The position numbers were made by a program, and so were the translations under genes. From Eledone cirrhosa (taxonomy: Eukaryota), in NCBI GenBank assembly GCA_964016885.1, contig OZ024749.1, forward strand, positions 52,080,001-52,144,000: a stretch of DNA of 64,000 nt. The letters are read 5' to 3'. The notes beneath the pieces are model-generated. The model ran no database searches. It was not told the origin of the DNA and saw only the letters and a program-made list of their open reading frames with translations. Position 1 is the stretch's first letter. Each line of letters begins with the position of its first letter. Positions 12,801-25,299 of the stretch are shown here, in pieces.

Positions 12801-15800
12801 TTATCACTAAAAGAAATATTTTTATTTCAATATAAAGTGAAGTTGTAATTAGTTTTGTAAAGTATGAGATGAGCAAGCTTTACAATCAATATGTAAAAGC
12901 AGTTGTAAACAACAGCAAACAATAGTTAAGTATATATAAGTATCCCTGTACAAACAAAAGGTCGGCTGTATGATGTCTGTGTGTGCCACGCTGCATGGTA
13001 GTGAGACATGGGCAATGAATGCAGAGGATATGTGAAGGCTGGAGAGAAATGAGGCAAGCATGCTTCGATGGATGTGCAATGTTAGTGTGTGAGAAAGACA
13101 AAGCATGGATGAACTGAAGGAGAAACTAGGTTTAATAGGAATCAGAAGTAGTGTGCAGGAGTGAAGACTGCATTGATATGGACACGTGATGCGCATGGAT
13201 GATGAAGTGCCAAGTAATCCCAGTGGAGGGAAGCTGCTGTAAAGGAAAACCAAGGAAGACTTGGATGGAAGTGGTGAGAGCTGATCTCAGACTGTTAAAG
13301 CTCATAGAGATGAGATAGGAACCTGACAAGTGGAGAGATACTGTACTGAGAAGGACCTGCCCAACTCATGCAAGCATGGAAGAACAGATGTAAAATGATG
13401 AAAATGATGATGATAATCTGCATTTTCATATGAATTGATATACTAATATATTATTATTTAGAAATATATAAAAATATGATTACCAATGAGAATTAAGTTA
13501 CCTGATAAACTGCCATATCTTCTGGAGGAGTTTGAACATCATACATTTCAATCAAATCATACAACTGCTTCACAAACAGAGATTCATCTTCAAGAGGTTC
13601 AATCTGAATTAAAACACAAAATGTATATGATACACATCTCAATCACTATTGACACATAACAGTTTTTGTGGAGCTTAAATTTCCATCATTCTATGATCTG
13701 CAGTGAACTCACTAGATAAGGTGTAGAAATCTAATATAACCACAAAAACAAGTTAGATTATTCAAAGCTACAGTGGAATCAATCTTACTGTATTCCTTCC
13801 TGTGAATCATGGTTGGTGGTAATAACTATCACCTAAGCTTTGGTTGCTACACACGAATGCTAGGAAGGATAAAAAAAAACCCCTGGAATTTATTGAAAAA
13901 TACAAATAAGTGAAGAATACAAACCCTTTCTTGAATTTCATTGAGAAATGAAAGGCTCTTGACAAATTCTTCTGTGTTGCTCGGTTGGAACTCCAGTTGA
14001 AATTGTCCATCTTGAAGTTCTGTTAGTAAAGCATCAACTTTCTCTCTGGCTAGAGTGGGCAAAATATTATTTATTATCTGTAAGGAAACGAGAAAGATTT
14101 TGTATGTAAGGATCTGTAACTTCCGAAGGAGTCACAGGTGACATACAACGTGCCTTGGGGCAGTTTAAAATGCATATCTGGCCAGAATTCTCTCACCTCT
14201 TTCTGTTCAAACTGGCCATAACTAGCCACTCATACTTATGTTAAGGTATTGTTCTCAAAATAAATAATATCAAAATAAATAATATCAAAATAAATAATAT
14301 CAAAATAAATAATATCAAAATCTGATAGATTCTATATTATATGTGAGATAAAGCCTTTATCATGAAAGTACAATAGTAAATATAGAGTAATATAAATGCT
14401 AAAGAGTTAAAGAAAAAGAAAATATTTCTTACATTTAGACAGCGGATTGGAGAAGGAATAAAGAGTTCTTTCATCTTAGTTGAATCAATCAAAAGTAGAC
14501 CAAGTTGACATTGCTTCTGAATGTTTACTGCCATTTTATGTTGCATATGGTAATGTTTTAATGAATCTGAAAAGAACTGGACATCCACTGATCCAGACAA
14601 ACACATATAAATAAGAATTTATATAAATTACTGTAATATTTATATTAAAAATTAAGTTTTTGAAATTTAGGACATAAATACAATTAACATCCATGAGCTT
14701 GGCTGGTCTCACTTGAAGATCCAGCTGGATCAATTGGAGACAGTTGCTTCTGACAGGACCCACTGGAAGGTGTAATTGAGAGCTCTGCTCCCACAATACC
14801 CCCCAGAAATAAGTGTGAGAAAGAAAAGAAAAAAATGGTAGAAACTTGCAGTTTATTTAATTTAAAACAACAAAGTTTATTCTACAAAATAGTGAACTGC
14901 AAATTTAATTAAGCAAAGATGGGATATGCATCAGTAATAAACAAAGGCATGTGGCATGGAGGCACATGGCTTGGTGGTTAGAGCATTGGCCTTGCAATCG
15001 AAAGGTTGTGAGTTCAATTCTCAGACTGGGTGATGTGTTGTTTCCTTGAGCAAGATACTTTATTTCACATTGCTCCAGTTTACTCAGCTGTAGAAATGAT
15101 ATGATAGGGACCTCAGTCCCTATCATATCATTTCTACAGCTGCAAAGTGGTCGTGGAGGTGCCACGGAAAAAAAAGCACCCAGCACTCACTGTAAATGAG
15201 GTTGGTGTTAGGAAGGGCATCCAGCTGTAGAAATCAAGCCAGAATCAGTTCCCGTCCCACCCTTGCAAGCAAGGAAAAGGTGGACGTAAAATGATGATGA
15301 TGATGATGATGATTCCTCCAGAATCCTCTAAGGAATAAGTGATGATGAAGATGACTTATTGAGAAAATAAAATAAATATTTAAGAGATTTAAAGAAACTT
15401 ATAATTACAATCTTTTTTAATTTTTTCAGATTCAAATTTTTCATTTTCTTGATAAAATTGCAGAAAAGGAGTAAATTTGTTGCTATATTGGTTAGCAATG
15501 TTAAAGGCAAACAGCAAAACATCCTAGAATAAGTAGAGGTTATAACATTTTAAATACATGTCATAAATGTGAGGAAGTTATGACATCAGTAGAAATTATA
15601 ACATTTTAAATACATGTCATAAATGTGAGGAAGTTATGACATCAGTAGAAGTTATAACATTTTAAATACATGTCATAAATGTGAGGAAGTTATGACATTT
15701 TAAATACATGTCATATATATTGTATACAAATGTTCTACATAAACATCTCGTATTTTATTATTTGATATACAACATATACATACATGTGTATAACGCTATG

Positions 15801-18800
15801 TTGAAGCACCAATACTAATTGTATACAAATATTTTATATAATTTATACGACTTACAATAAAGACTTTTCAAAAATATATTTTTATACTTAATTTAAATTT
15901 GATATTCTCTCTGTTTGTGTGTGTGCATGTGTATATGATGTGTATGTGCATGTATATGTGTGTATGTGTGTGTTTCGTTTTCCTTTCTCATTTGAAAAGA
16001 GGGTATTAGCCCTGAAATATCATGTGAAAATATACTGAGTAAAACATTACTTTGTTTTGTTTTATTTGTCATCCTTTACCCGTTATATATTTCTACCACA
16101 TTGTATAAGCTTTCTGAAAAACTTATCAGTCATTTATTATCATATATATCTGACAACATTTCGTATTAACTATACTACATTATAAGAATTATTTTATTTT
16201 CTTCTATACCTGAATTTTAACCACAAGTTGATGTAAATATTTATCTTCTTCAAACATAGTTGATAAGCTAGGACCTTCACCACAAGTTTTCTCCTCAAAT
16301 TTTCCATTTATAACTGGCCTGAAGAAAAAAAACAATGATCTGAAGTTTCAAAATCTAGTTTCATAAGGATGGGGGCGGGGGGTCTGAAAAATTAATAAGG
16401 AGGGGGGGGAGGGGGGCATATTCAAAACCTGAGAGTATATTATATGTATATATGTATGAAACTTACTGTGCGTGAATGTAATGATATACTGTGTGAGTGT
16501 GTGTGAGAATGAGAAACTTACTGAGTGAAAGCATCAAAATAGTTGTCAGGTATTAAATTTGGAACTCCAAGAACAGTGTCTTGAAAATGACGAATAACTT
16601 CTTGAATATTTGTTTGGAAAATGTTAGGATCTGGGTCAAAGTAAAGTTGGGTTTTTTCAAGAACAAGCTCTGTAAGAAATAATGGCACCAATTTTTTGGA
16701 ATTGTTTGGTTCTTCTTCAGATATGAATTGAGATAAAGCAGTTGGTTTTCCTTGAGTTTCATTTGTCAACTGAAATAAAATAATGTTGTTGTTCAAATAA
16801 ATACTAGCATTAATACAATGGTAAGTGGCAAATTGTCGGAGTCGTTAGTGTCAGACAGAATGCTCTGCGGTATTTGTTCTGGCACTCTGCTCTCTGAGTT
16901 CAAATCTCGCAGAGATCAACTTTGCCTTTCATCCATTCGAGGTTGATAAAAAAAAGTACCAGTCAAGTACTGGGCTCAATTCTTCCTCTATATCTCTTTC
17001 TCACTTCCTGTCTTTCTCCGTAAGAAATCTGCTATATTCAGACCTATATGGGAGATGGGCTCTGCCAGGCTTTAAAATACCATTACACCACCTCTCTGAC
17101 TCACTCAGGAGTTACAAGACCATATCATACCATTAATACTAACTCTTTCTCTCACCCTGTCTCTCCCACTTTCTTACTCATTCATTATCTTTCTCCCTCC
17201 TCCCAACCCCACCCTCTCTTCATTTCTCTCTTACCTTAACTGATTTCTCATGAATATCCTCATTTGATTCATCGATTTCTTCCAATGATGAACTTTGACC
17301 TTGAATCTGTTCTGTGAAGTGATTAAGCAATGTTGAGACAGAGTTCACAGCTAACGTGTGCATCGTGTTCACCACCAAATAATCAGCCAATCGGATGAAA
17401 CTGGAGATAAAATAAAATATTACTCCATAGAATCCAATAAAACTGGAAATGTTGTTGACTCGATAGAAAACTTGCAACCATTTTAAATGTTTTAACCTTC
17501 TTGGTTGTACTGGTGCCACAATAAAAAGCACCCAGTCCACTCTGTTCATTGGTTGTACGGGTGACAATAAAAAGCATCCAGTCCATTCTGTTCGTTGGTT
17601 GTACTGGTGACACAATAAAAAGCACCCAGTCGACTGTTCATTGGTTGTACTGGTGACACAATAAAAAGCACCCTGTTCACGCTGTTCGTTGGTTGTACTG
17701 GTGACACAATAAAAAGCACCCTGTCCACTCTGTTTGTTGGTTGTACTGGTGACACAATAAAAAGCACCCAGTCCACAGTAACATCATCATTACCATTTAA
17801 TGTCTATTTTTCCACACTTCTATGGGTTAGACGAGTTGTCACATTATGAGACAGGTCAGGTGACCCACGTTTTGTTCATATGAATCTGATTTTTGGCTTG
17901 GTTTCTACAGCTGAATGCCCTTCCTAATGCCAACCACCTTACAGGTTGGACTGGGCAGTGAGTGCTTTTTTTATTATGTCACCAACATAAAATAAAATTA
18001 AGAAAATTACCATGTAAGTCTTTTGCAATGATTACGTTTGTTTGCTTGTTCTGTGTAAGTCATTTTTTCTGGAGCTTCACCAAAAATATCATAATCATAG
18101 CCTTGTGTTTCATAATGGTTGCCTTCTTCTGAGTTTGGGAAACAAAATGATATTTGTTATAAGATTTGTTTGTCGAGAATTTTTTTTTTATAAACAATGT
18201 ACAAAGCCAAATTTTCGGCTTTTGCCCATTTTTTAAAAACTTACCTAGCTTTTTAATTCACTCACGATTTTATCCACATTTTTTTAATTTACCCACCTTT
18301 TTATCCATGTTTTTTTTTAGTTTACCCACCCTTACTTATGAGTGGCTAAGCAGTTCATAGGCTGACTATGAAGGAACGATGCTAAAGCTGTGAAATCTTG
18401 CAGACATTTAATTTCAACTCTTCTTATTAATATATGATGAAAAATAAACCTCATTTGATCATTCCATGAGAGTATCTTGGTCAGCCTATGAACTTTTCAG
18501 TCTATGAACCTTTTAGCCAACCCTCATATAAAGAACTGCATGAATTGTTTTAACAAAGTTAAATAGTTCTTCTATTAACCCTTTGATGAAGGGATATTAC
18601 CCCAAAATATAAGAACCTATAAAGAACTGCAAGATAACATGAATTATTCTTTACCAATATTATTATCTGTATTATCAAAATAGTAATCGTCTGGAGTGAA
18701 ACCAGCCTCCAAAAGAGCAGTACGACAGGCAGTTCTAACAACTTCTTTCACAAGATCTTGGAAAGTTTTCAATTTCACAGAAACCTGAAAATACATTAAA

Positions 18801-21800
18801 GCTATGGATTATCTTTACTGAAATTACTAATAAAATAATTTACAAAATCAAAAAATGTGTTTCTTATACTTGAAAATCAGTTGTTAATGATGTAAAGCAG
18901 ACATGGGAAACCTTTTTCAAGCAGTGGGCCACATAGGATGTGGTTCAACATAAGGTGGGCCACATAGGATGTGGTTCAACATAAGGTGGGATGCACTACT
19001 AAAAGAATTCAAGGCAATTTTAAAATTAGGTGTGCCATTCAGAAAGGTAAATGGGCCGCAGTTTGCCCATGACTGATTTAAAGCTTATTGTGATGTGCTG
19101 AATTTGAAACATTTTCTGGACACATATTTTGCTCAGAATTGAACATGTAACCCCCATCTCCCTCATTTAATTGTCATATTTACTTCATACCCAAATGAGT
19201 GTCACCTTCCCTCCACATCCAGTTATGATAATGATGATGATGATGGTGATAATGATAATGGCTATGTTGGTGATAATGATGAAGGTAGTAGTGGTGGTAG
19301 TTATAAAGGTTATGATGATGCTGGTGGTAGTTATGATAATGGTTATGGTGATGATGGTAATGCTGCTGATGATGATGGTGATTACTTACTTCCTGCAACT
19401 GATTAAACTGAACATCTTTAAACTGCTTCAGTGAACAGGTGTGGTTTTGTTCAATTTTACATAAACTCATCTCTCTAATTCGATGACACATTTCTTGAAC
19501 ATTCAAAAGAGCCGGACAAAGAGACTGAAATTAAACAGATTTAGATAAGTATTCTTTGTAAATTATAGATAATCATAAAACTTATTATGTGACAGAAGTG
19601 GGCTAGTTATGGAGTTAAATTCAAATATATATCACTATATATATATATATATATATGGGCATGGCATTAGGAAGGGCATCCAGCCGTAGAAAACCAGCCA
19701 GAAACACCCCTATTTGAGCAAGACACGGTCACCAGACACAACTTGCCTTAAAATAGGACCCGTCTAACCCATGTTAGTGTGGAAGACGGATGTTAGTCGA
19801 TGATGATGATGATATATATATACCCCATTGCTAATTATATCACAGCAAATATGAAATCTTACAAATCAATGAATTTAAAATATAATTATTAAGTTTGAAA
19901 TATAAAATTTGGTTTAAGAAAAAGTACTTAATGAAGACTAGAAAATTAGTGAATATTTTTTACCTCATTTACAATAAACAGGTTTTCTTTTAGGAATTTT
20001 CTACAGCTTTGGAACTTATCAAAACAAACATTCACTTTCCATGATCTAAAAGCTTTCCATTTTCGGAAATTTTCAAAAACTGGGATCTGCAAGATAAATC
20101 ATACAAAAAAAGGGCTTACTAAAAACATGCACACACATTTTATCGTAGCACCAACACAACCAACTGACAGGTCACCAGCATGACCACCTTACAGGGTGGA
20201 CTGGGTACTTTTTCATTGTGTTACCAACACAACCAACTGACAGGTTGGAGTGAGTACTTTTTCATCGTGTCACCAACACAACCATATCACAGGGTGGACT
20301 GGGTACTTTTTGTTATGTCACCAGCAAAACCACCTTACACAGTCTCTCAGTGAGATTATTAAAGGAGCTGAAGAGTTATTTATTACATTTTAGTAAAACT
20401 TTAGCTTAAATATTCCTAAAACAAACAAAGACTTTAAAAATAAGGAGTATGAAAAATAATAGAAATGTTTCATTCTTACCTTTTTAATTAGTGTAAAGTA
20501 ATGATATTCCTGTTCCCATATATTCAGGTATAAAAACTCGGTCTCATGTCCAGAACAAAACCTCATCACCCCTGCATTACTTATTGTGCAATAGTCATGT
20601 TTATTGATATTTTCAAAATTTACAACTCTGGAAGAATTAGAAAAATTAAGAAAAATCAATACAATACCATTATCATTTTATGTCCATTTTGTTTTTCCAT
20701 GTTGGCAGAATAGAGAAAAATAAATCAATTGGAGATATTGTTTTACAAGATAGGTCGGAGATCAAATTTTTAACACCAACCACTTTACAGAGTATATTGG
20801 GTTCACTTCTTTATGGGGTTATTGCTTGAACTCCAACCACTTTACAGAGTGTACTGGGTGCATTCTATAGTGACACCAATACTAGAAAGGTCACCGTGTA
20901 TTGAGTGCATTTTATTGTGAACCCAACACTAGAGAAATCACCTTGTATTAAGTACATTATATTGTGACACCAACACTAGAGAAGTCACTTTGTATTTAGT
21001 ACATCTTATAGTGACACCAACACCTGGGAGGTCACCTTGTATTGAGTACATCTTATAGTGGCACCAACACTAGGGTGATATACAGTAATATGCTAATATA
21101 GTCAGCTACAATTTCTCAATTTAAGGCAAAAGGGTTTTTGTACTAACTTGAGATTGTAATAATGATAAAAAACAGAAGATTTTGGTTCTGCTGGGCTCAG
21201 ATAAATAAATCCATTGGTAGGGTCTTCTTTCATTATTTCAAGGATCATCTGAAGGTTGCATTCACCTTCTTTGATTTTCTCTGTAAAAGACATCAATACA
21301 AGTGATATAATCTTTGTATACAAGAATCAACAAGATCCCAGATCTCATTTGCTTACCGAGTGGGGTGGAATTCATCTGATCAGACCAAAGAAACAATGTT
21401 TCCATTGCTGATACTATCTACAAGTTGTAACTCCTGGCAGAATCATTATAATTAGTTAAAAATACATGTAAATACAATATTTAACTATACTTTACCATGT
21501 GGCTGTGTAGTTAAACCTGGATATTTTCTCAGTTTTGAACATTGCTTCTTCTGTTTTGTTTGAGGTTGATTTCGTTTTTCATCATAACATTCAATTTCCT
21601 TAAATATACAATAAAAATGTAAGATTACACATTTTTAAATAATAAAGAATCACCTTTATTTATCATACATACAAGCATTAGGACTCAGTATTCACTGTAA
21701 AGTGGTAGTGCCAGTGTCACAATAAGAGTACCCAGTCCACCCTGTCAGGTTGAAGTGCCAGAGTCACAATAAAAGTACTCAGTTCACCCTGTCAGGTTGT

Positions 21801-23207
21801 TTATATACATTAGTGTATATACATTATATTCACATATTTTATATATATGTGTGTGTGTGTATGTATATATATATATATAGGAAAAGGTTCAGGACCCCGA
21901 CGGCAGAGCTCAAACCGTTTCGACGGCTATTTCTGGACTGAAATAGCCGTCGAAACGGCTTGAGCTCTGCCGTCAGGGTCCTGAACCTTTTCCTATTACC
22001 TACTCTACTACCCAAAGTATCGAGTACTCTGGGGCCTTATGGTCCACCTGGTTCATTTACCACAATTCCTTCGTTATATATATATATATATATACATACA
22101 CACACATTATATACACTGATGGTTAGGTTAAATTAATCAACTTCAAATCTTACAGTTTTTGATTCCTTTTCGTTTGTTATTTCCTTTTGTTGACATTTCG
22201 GAAGATAAATGTCTTTTGGGCTTGAACATTTATATCCTAAAGTAATATCAGAATTATTGGTCTCTTTCCCAGAGTTAACCGCTGACTTGTTTTGTTGATT
22301 GTCCCTAAATAACTTGGGCTGGAATATAAAAAATAATAACCAACATTTTATTTCGTTTACATTTATAATTGTTTCTACTTTTGGCACAAGGCCAGCAATT
22401 ATCTCTGTGTATTACTGGTACTTTATTTTATCAACCCCGTAAAGATGGAAGGCAAAGTTAACCTCAGCGGGATTTGAACTCAGACCGTAAAGGTTCGTAA
22501 CTCTATGCTGCAAAGCATGGCGTCCGAGCCTCTACCGATCCACCACCCTTTATATTCATAATTGTTTCTATTTTAGGCACAAGGCCGACAATTATCCAGT
22601 ACATTACTGGTACTTTATTTTATCGACCCCGTAAGGATGAAAGGCAAAGTCAACCCTTTATATTCATAATACCAAGAATTTATTAGATTGACGCACCTTT
22701 CTTTCCCTGATCGCATATCTTGGTGTATTATATTCGTGAGGTTCCTAACAATAGTTAGTTGTATTTATTATATATATTTATATTTTCATTCTGGAAGAAT
22801 TGTCAACGATTTGTAATGTTATTTATACAACTGTGAATAACATTTTATTTTTACATCTAAGCTACATTATTTGCTATTTTAACAAAATCTTCATTGTGGA
22901 AATATTTTAAAAAAATAAAGCAAAAAGCAAACAAACAAAAAAACAATACAATTAAAACAACAAAAAGTCCAAACAACAATAACAACAACCAACAAATGTA
23001 AATGAATCAATTATGTCATACCATTAGATCAATACCAGGAATAGTGTGTATTAAAACTTGTAAGGATTTCTGTTGTTTTATTACAAATTGGTTGTCTTGA
23101 ATATCTGGTGGTCTTGGGAAATAATTTAGAAACCTTCGTTTCGACTTTTCCTTAGTTTCTTCATTAGATTTAGTGTAAGGAATATGATGAGCTCGTCCGG
23201 TATTCAT
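295..23207 (-). CDS. DNAH6: Axonemal dynein heavy chain, DNAH6-like (N-terminal tail, linker, AAA1 and start of AAA2); 3'-partial, continues past the left edge of the window
   Basis: 36 GT-AG exons in transcript order: 23058-23207, 22154-22318, 21496-21598, 21148-21280, 20480-20627, 19964-20086, 19390-19524, 18655-18784, 18011-18128, 17235-17400, 16522-16769, 16210-16318, 15409-15523, 14433-14587, 13925-14077, 13502-13603, 12620-12769, 11918-12046, 11455-11568, 10893-11036, 10171-10380, 9145-9357, 8451-8631, 8002-8098, 7203-7351, 6933-7018, 6298-6444, 5583-5693, 4865-4990, 4155-4310, 3614-3775, 3054-3191, 2540-2693, 1725-1996, 1126-1338, 295-480. They sum to 5391 nt with consistent phases. 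Motifs: [79 protein letters not shown] and [13 protein letters not shown] are DNAH6-type from memory. The first three exons are less certain. Confidence 0.9.
807..985. mobile_element. Tc1/mariner-type MITE (TA-flanked)
   Basis: TA|TGAGGGTTGGCTGAAAAGTTCATAG ... CTATGAAATTTTCAGCAGACCCTTG|TA; copies at about 1015-1093, 18337-18528 and 43131-43328. Confidence 0.6.
1126..1338 (-). CDS. DNAH6: Dynein exon carrying the AAA2 P-loop (GPTGGGKT)
   Basis: Translates AILQDLFPG...[19 protein letters not shown]. Confidence 0.93.
2240..2420. repeat. Purine-rich simple repeat (GGGTGGAGAGTGAA)n
   Basis: Direct inspection. Confidence 0.85.
3054..3191 (-). CDS. DNAH6: Dynein exon carrying the AAA1 Walker B motif (CFDEFNR)
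   Basis: Translates [46 protein letters not shown]. Confidence 0.95.
3614..3775 (-). CDS. DNAH6: Dynein exon carrying the AAA1 Walker A motif (GPAGTGKT)
   Basis: Translates [54 protein letters not shown], with AG/GT flanks. Confidence 0.95.
4378..4565 (-). mobile_element. tRNA-derived SINE (dominant family), representative copy
   Basis: Box B-like GAGTTCAAATCCC followed by GCCTTTCATCCTTACAGGGTTGATGAAATAAAGTACCAG and the tail GGCCTTGTGCCAAAAGTAGAAACAATT. Further copies at about 3380-3590, 7445-7700, 8265-8420, 16825-17075, 23505-23635, 29295-29405, 29570-29760, 43470-43590, 43680-43810, 45440-45615, 49450-49710 and 59470-59610. Confidence 0.8.
5252..5404. repeat. Long palindrome with 74-bp arms and a 5-nt loop
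   Basis: 5252-5325 is the reverse complement of 5331-5404, with 3 transition mismatches. Confidence 0.95.
9600..9798 (+). mobile_element. Penelope-like pLTR remnant ending in (TA)n
   Basis: Hammerhead motif plus a tail shared with a degenerate copy at about 50725-50880. Confidence 0.5.
9620..9655 (+). ncRNA. Minimal type I hammerhead ribozyme motif of the Penelope-like-element kind
   Basis: TCTT-CTGATGA-A-GGAC-TAGC-GTCC-GAAA-CG-TT-AAGA: stem I TCTT/AAGA, stem II GGAC/GTCC, loopless palindromic helix III (AACGTT), predicted GUU cleavage triplet. The element ends about 90 nt downstream in (TA)n. Confidence 0.6.
9800..10135 (+). repeat. Unclassified dispersed repeat
   Basis: GACAAGATCCCAGACCTCATTTGCTTAC...AAATCAGACCAAGGAAACAATGTTTCCATTG consensus also at about 21330-21440, 51550-51660, 52445-52560 and inverted at 55640-55730. 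Confidence 0.6.
12940..13415 (+). mobile_element. RTE-clade LINE 3' fragment (degenerate RT C-terminal region and tail)
   Basis: Translates KGRLY...LHGSETWAM...[16 protein letters not shown]...YGHVMRMD with stops; ends CATGCAAGCATGGAA...(GAT)n. Confidence 0.75.
14955..15312 (+). mobile_element. Second SINE family (tRNA head, RTE-like tail ending (GAT)n), full-length copy
   Basis: TGGCTTGGTGGTTAG box A, GAGTTCAATTC box B, tail AGGAAGGGCATCCAGCTGTAGAAA...GGACGTAAAATGATGATG. A very similar inverted copy lies at 54765-55105; partial copies at about 6525-6760, 7770-7925, 8956-9090, 17780-17950, 19660-19812, 26450-26700, 48330-48500 and 58760-58910. Confidence 0.8.
15532..15714. repeat. Tandem repeat, 56-bp unit, about 3 copies
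   Basis: AGTAGA..TTATAACATTTTAAATACATGTCATAAATGTGAGGAAGTTATGACATC. Confidence 0.9.
17501..17777. repeat. Minisatellite, 46-48-bp unit, 6 copies (SINE-derived segment)
   Basis: TTGGTTGTACTGGTGACACAATAAAAAGCACCCAGTCCACTCTGTTC. Confidence 0.9.
20850..21075. repeat. Degenerate tandem repeat, unit of about 48 bp
   Basis: GTGACACCAACACTAGAGAAGTCACCTTGTATTGAGTACATCTTATA-like units. Confidence 0.75.
21877..22100. mobile_element. Fold-back (57-bp arms) Penelope-like remnant between (TA)n tracts
   Basis: 21877-21933 pairs with 21940-21996 (2 mismatches, 6-nt loop). It contains a hammerhead 3' half GAAA-CGGC-loop-GCCG-TC, and the 3' extension is shared with 26271-26440. Confidence 0.6.
22366..22670 (-). 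mobile_element. Two tandem SINE copies, the second with a target-site duplication
   Basis: CCCTTTTATATTCATAAT flanks the second, 5'-truncated copy (about 22546 and 22654). Confidence 0.75.
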
Positions 23208-23639
23208 TTTAATTTAAACATGTAATCAAACACCTAGATATTTAAAAATATTTTCCGTTAATAAATACAAAATAATAATAATTATTATTTTTATTATTAT
23301 CATGGGCAATTTTAATAAGATTAGTTGTTAATGTTAATGCTACAGTTTTATAACAAAAATATTTATTTAAAAAAAAAAAATGAAACCTACACTGAGAACG
23401 GTTGGGCTGTATTCTGGCAAAGATTTCACCACCTAAGATAGAGAGGAAGGATATACTACGATAGTTTCTGAAAATGTTAGAGGTTTTCTTTGTTAATAAA
23501 GGTTTCTGATTTAGTCACAAGGCCGGCAATTTTTGGGGTGGAGGGGAAAGTCGATTATATCGACTCCAGTACATTACTGGTACTTTATTTTATCGACCCC
23601 GTAAGGATGAAAGGCAAAACTAACCTCGGCGGGGACTGT

Positions 23640-24590
23640 AACAATAAGAAAGTGTAGTGAAATCACCAAGCAGGATGAGCTTGTCTTTACGGTGGAAGAT
23701 TTGGTTAAATTTGTTCTTAATATCTCCATCGATGCCGAGAGTAAGGGGTGGAAGCGATGAGTTAATAGTCCTTCACCAGCCTTGTCTTCACAGCAAAACC
23801 AACTCCAAGAGAACGACGTTCTTATATTCTCTTTCCTTGCCAAAAGATGATGTATGTATGGTATGGTTCCGCAACACCCGAGGGAGTCGTGAGGAAGTCG
23901 TATTGACATACGTCGTTTCTATGGTATTATTTTAAAACCTGGCAGAGACCATCTTCTCTCCAAGTTTGAATACAGCGGATTTCTACCGAGAAGGATAGAA
24001 AGTGATATAGAGGAAGAATCGACCCGAGTATTAGACTGGTACTTTTATTTTATCGATTTCGAATGGATGAAAGGCAAAGTAGAACTCAGAGAGCCGAAAT
24101 GAATGCAGCAAAGTATTCTATCCGACGTTCTAACAACTCTGCCAATTTGCCGAAAAAGATGGTGTAACATGAACCAAATTCTTCAATTTTACCTTCTCCA
24201 CAAGGTCTTGTCTCATTCAAGGTAGCAACATTGATGTCCTGTCTAACTTCTTGTTGAGCTACGAAGGTTGTTCTTCTTTTAGGCCAGATGCCATTTTGTT
24301 TTAGATCAAGCAAAGTTCTGATATTCCAAGTTCCGATTGAGAAATCCATTATCATTTCGACTGCATTTTGAAATGACTTTCGATATTTTGCTCACATTTT
24401 CTAAGGGCCTTTCCCATTTGGGGTGAACAGTGGTGATCCCAAACAGACCTGTCTACATGCAGATGTAGGACAAGATTCCAGAAAGGCGGCCATTACACTT
24501 CTGCCACTAAACGTTGCAGATATGGGCTAGAAGCTTCCGGTTTCACCAAAGCCTGCTCCCGTCATGCTTGACCTATCACCGTTGGAGTTA
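23640..24590 (-). mobile_element. RTE-clade LINE 5' fragments (AP endonuclease), interrupted by a SINE
   Basis: IGTWNIRTL...INVATLNETR...GSCYTIFF at 24150-24355; YIIFWQGK and KDKLILLGDF at 23650-23870, with frameshifts. Confidence 0.7.
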
Positions 24591-25036
24591 GTGTAGAGGA
24601 GGTTGACAGATTAGGAAAGAGCAGGGAAGAAATGTCTGAAGCTTGGTTTTGATTATGGTGGATCCCAATATGCCAGGAAGTACCCCACGCACTGTGGTCT
24701 CGAAGACATACTCACACACACATATATAAACAGGGTGATTCAAAGAATTTGATATCATTTGAGATGTAAATATCCTAGAAATTACAACGCCAAGGACCAC
24801 GAGACTGAATGGACTTAATAGAAGAAGAAGTGGTATAAAGTTGATCCTCAATCACTGAACCTCAGAGATGATAAAGGAATACAACCAGTGGGGGGTAAAA
24901 TGATGTTGATGACCCTGTGACTATGCAGGTGAAACTCCAGAGTAACAAGACTCACTATTTAGCCATAATAAATGAATATTTAAACTCTACTTCAGTATTG
25001 AGAACTCTTTTCTCTCGCCCGTCAACGCACACACCC

Positions 25037-25077
<41 letters not shown>

Positions 25078-25299
25078 TGTCTGTTTTGTTTATGTCTCCA
25101 CTGCTTAACAACCATTGCTGTTTCTTTATGCCATCTAACATAGCAGTCCGACAAACAGATCGATGAATTAAGTACCAGACTTATTGATATTATCGATTGA
25201 CCCTTTCAAGTCGGTACTCCATATATATAATAATATTGTGTGGTCTTTGGTGGAGCGTGCACGTCTTCTCACACCTGTCTGCACATATATATATGTATC

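Noticed and set aside
14955-15030. tRNA-like A/B boxes (also at 5905, 11680 and 52600)
   Set aside because: These are SINE heads continuing into SINE bodies, and no complete cloverleaf could be built
19171-19389. Poly-His extension of a dynein exon and a Met/Val-rich ORF
   Set aside because: Read-through past the GTAAGT donor at 19389 into a trinucleotide repeat
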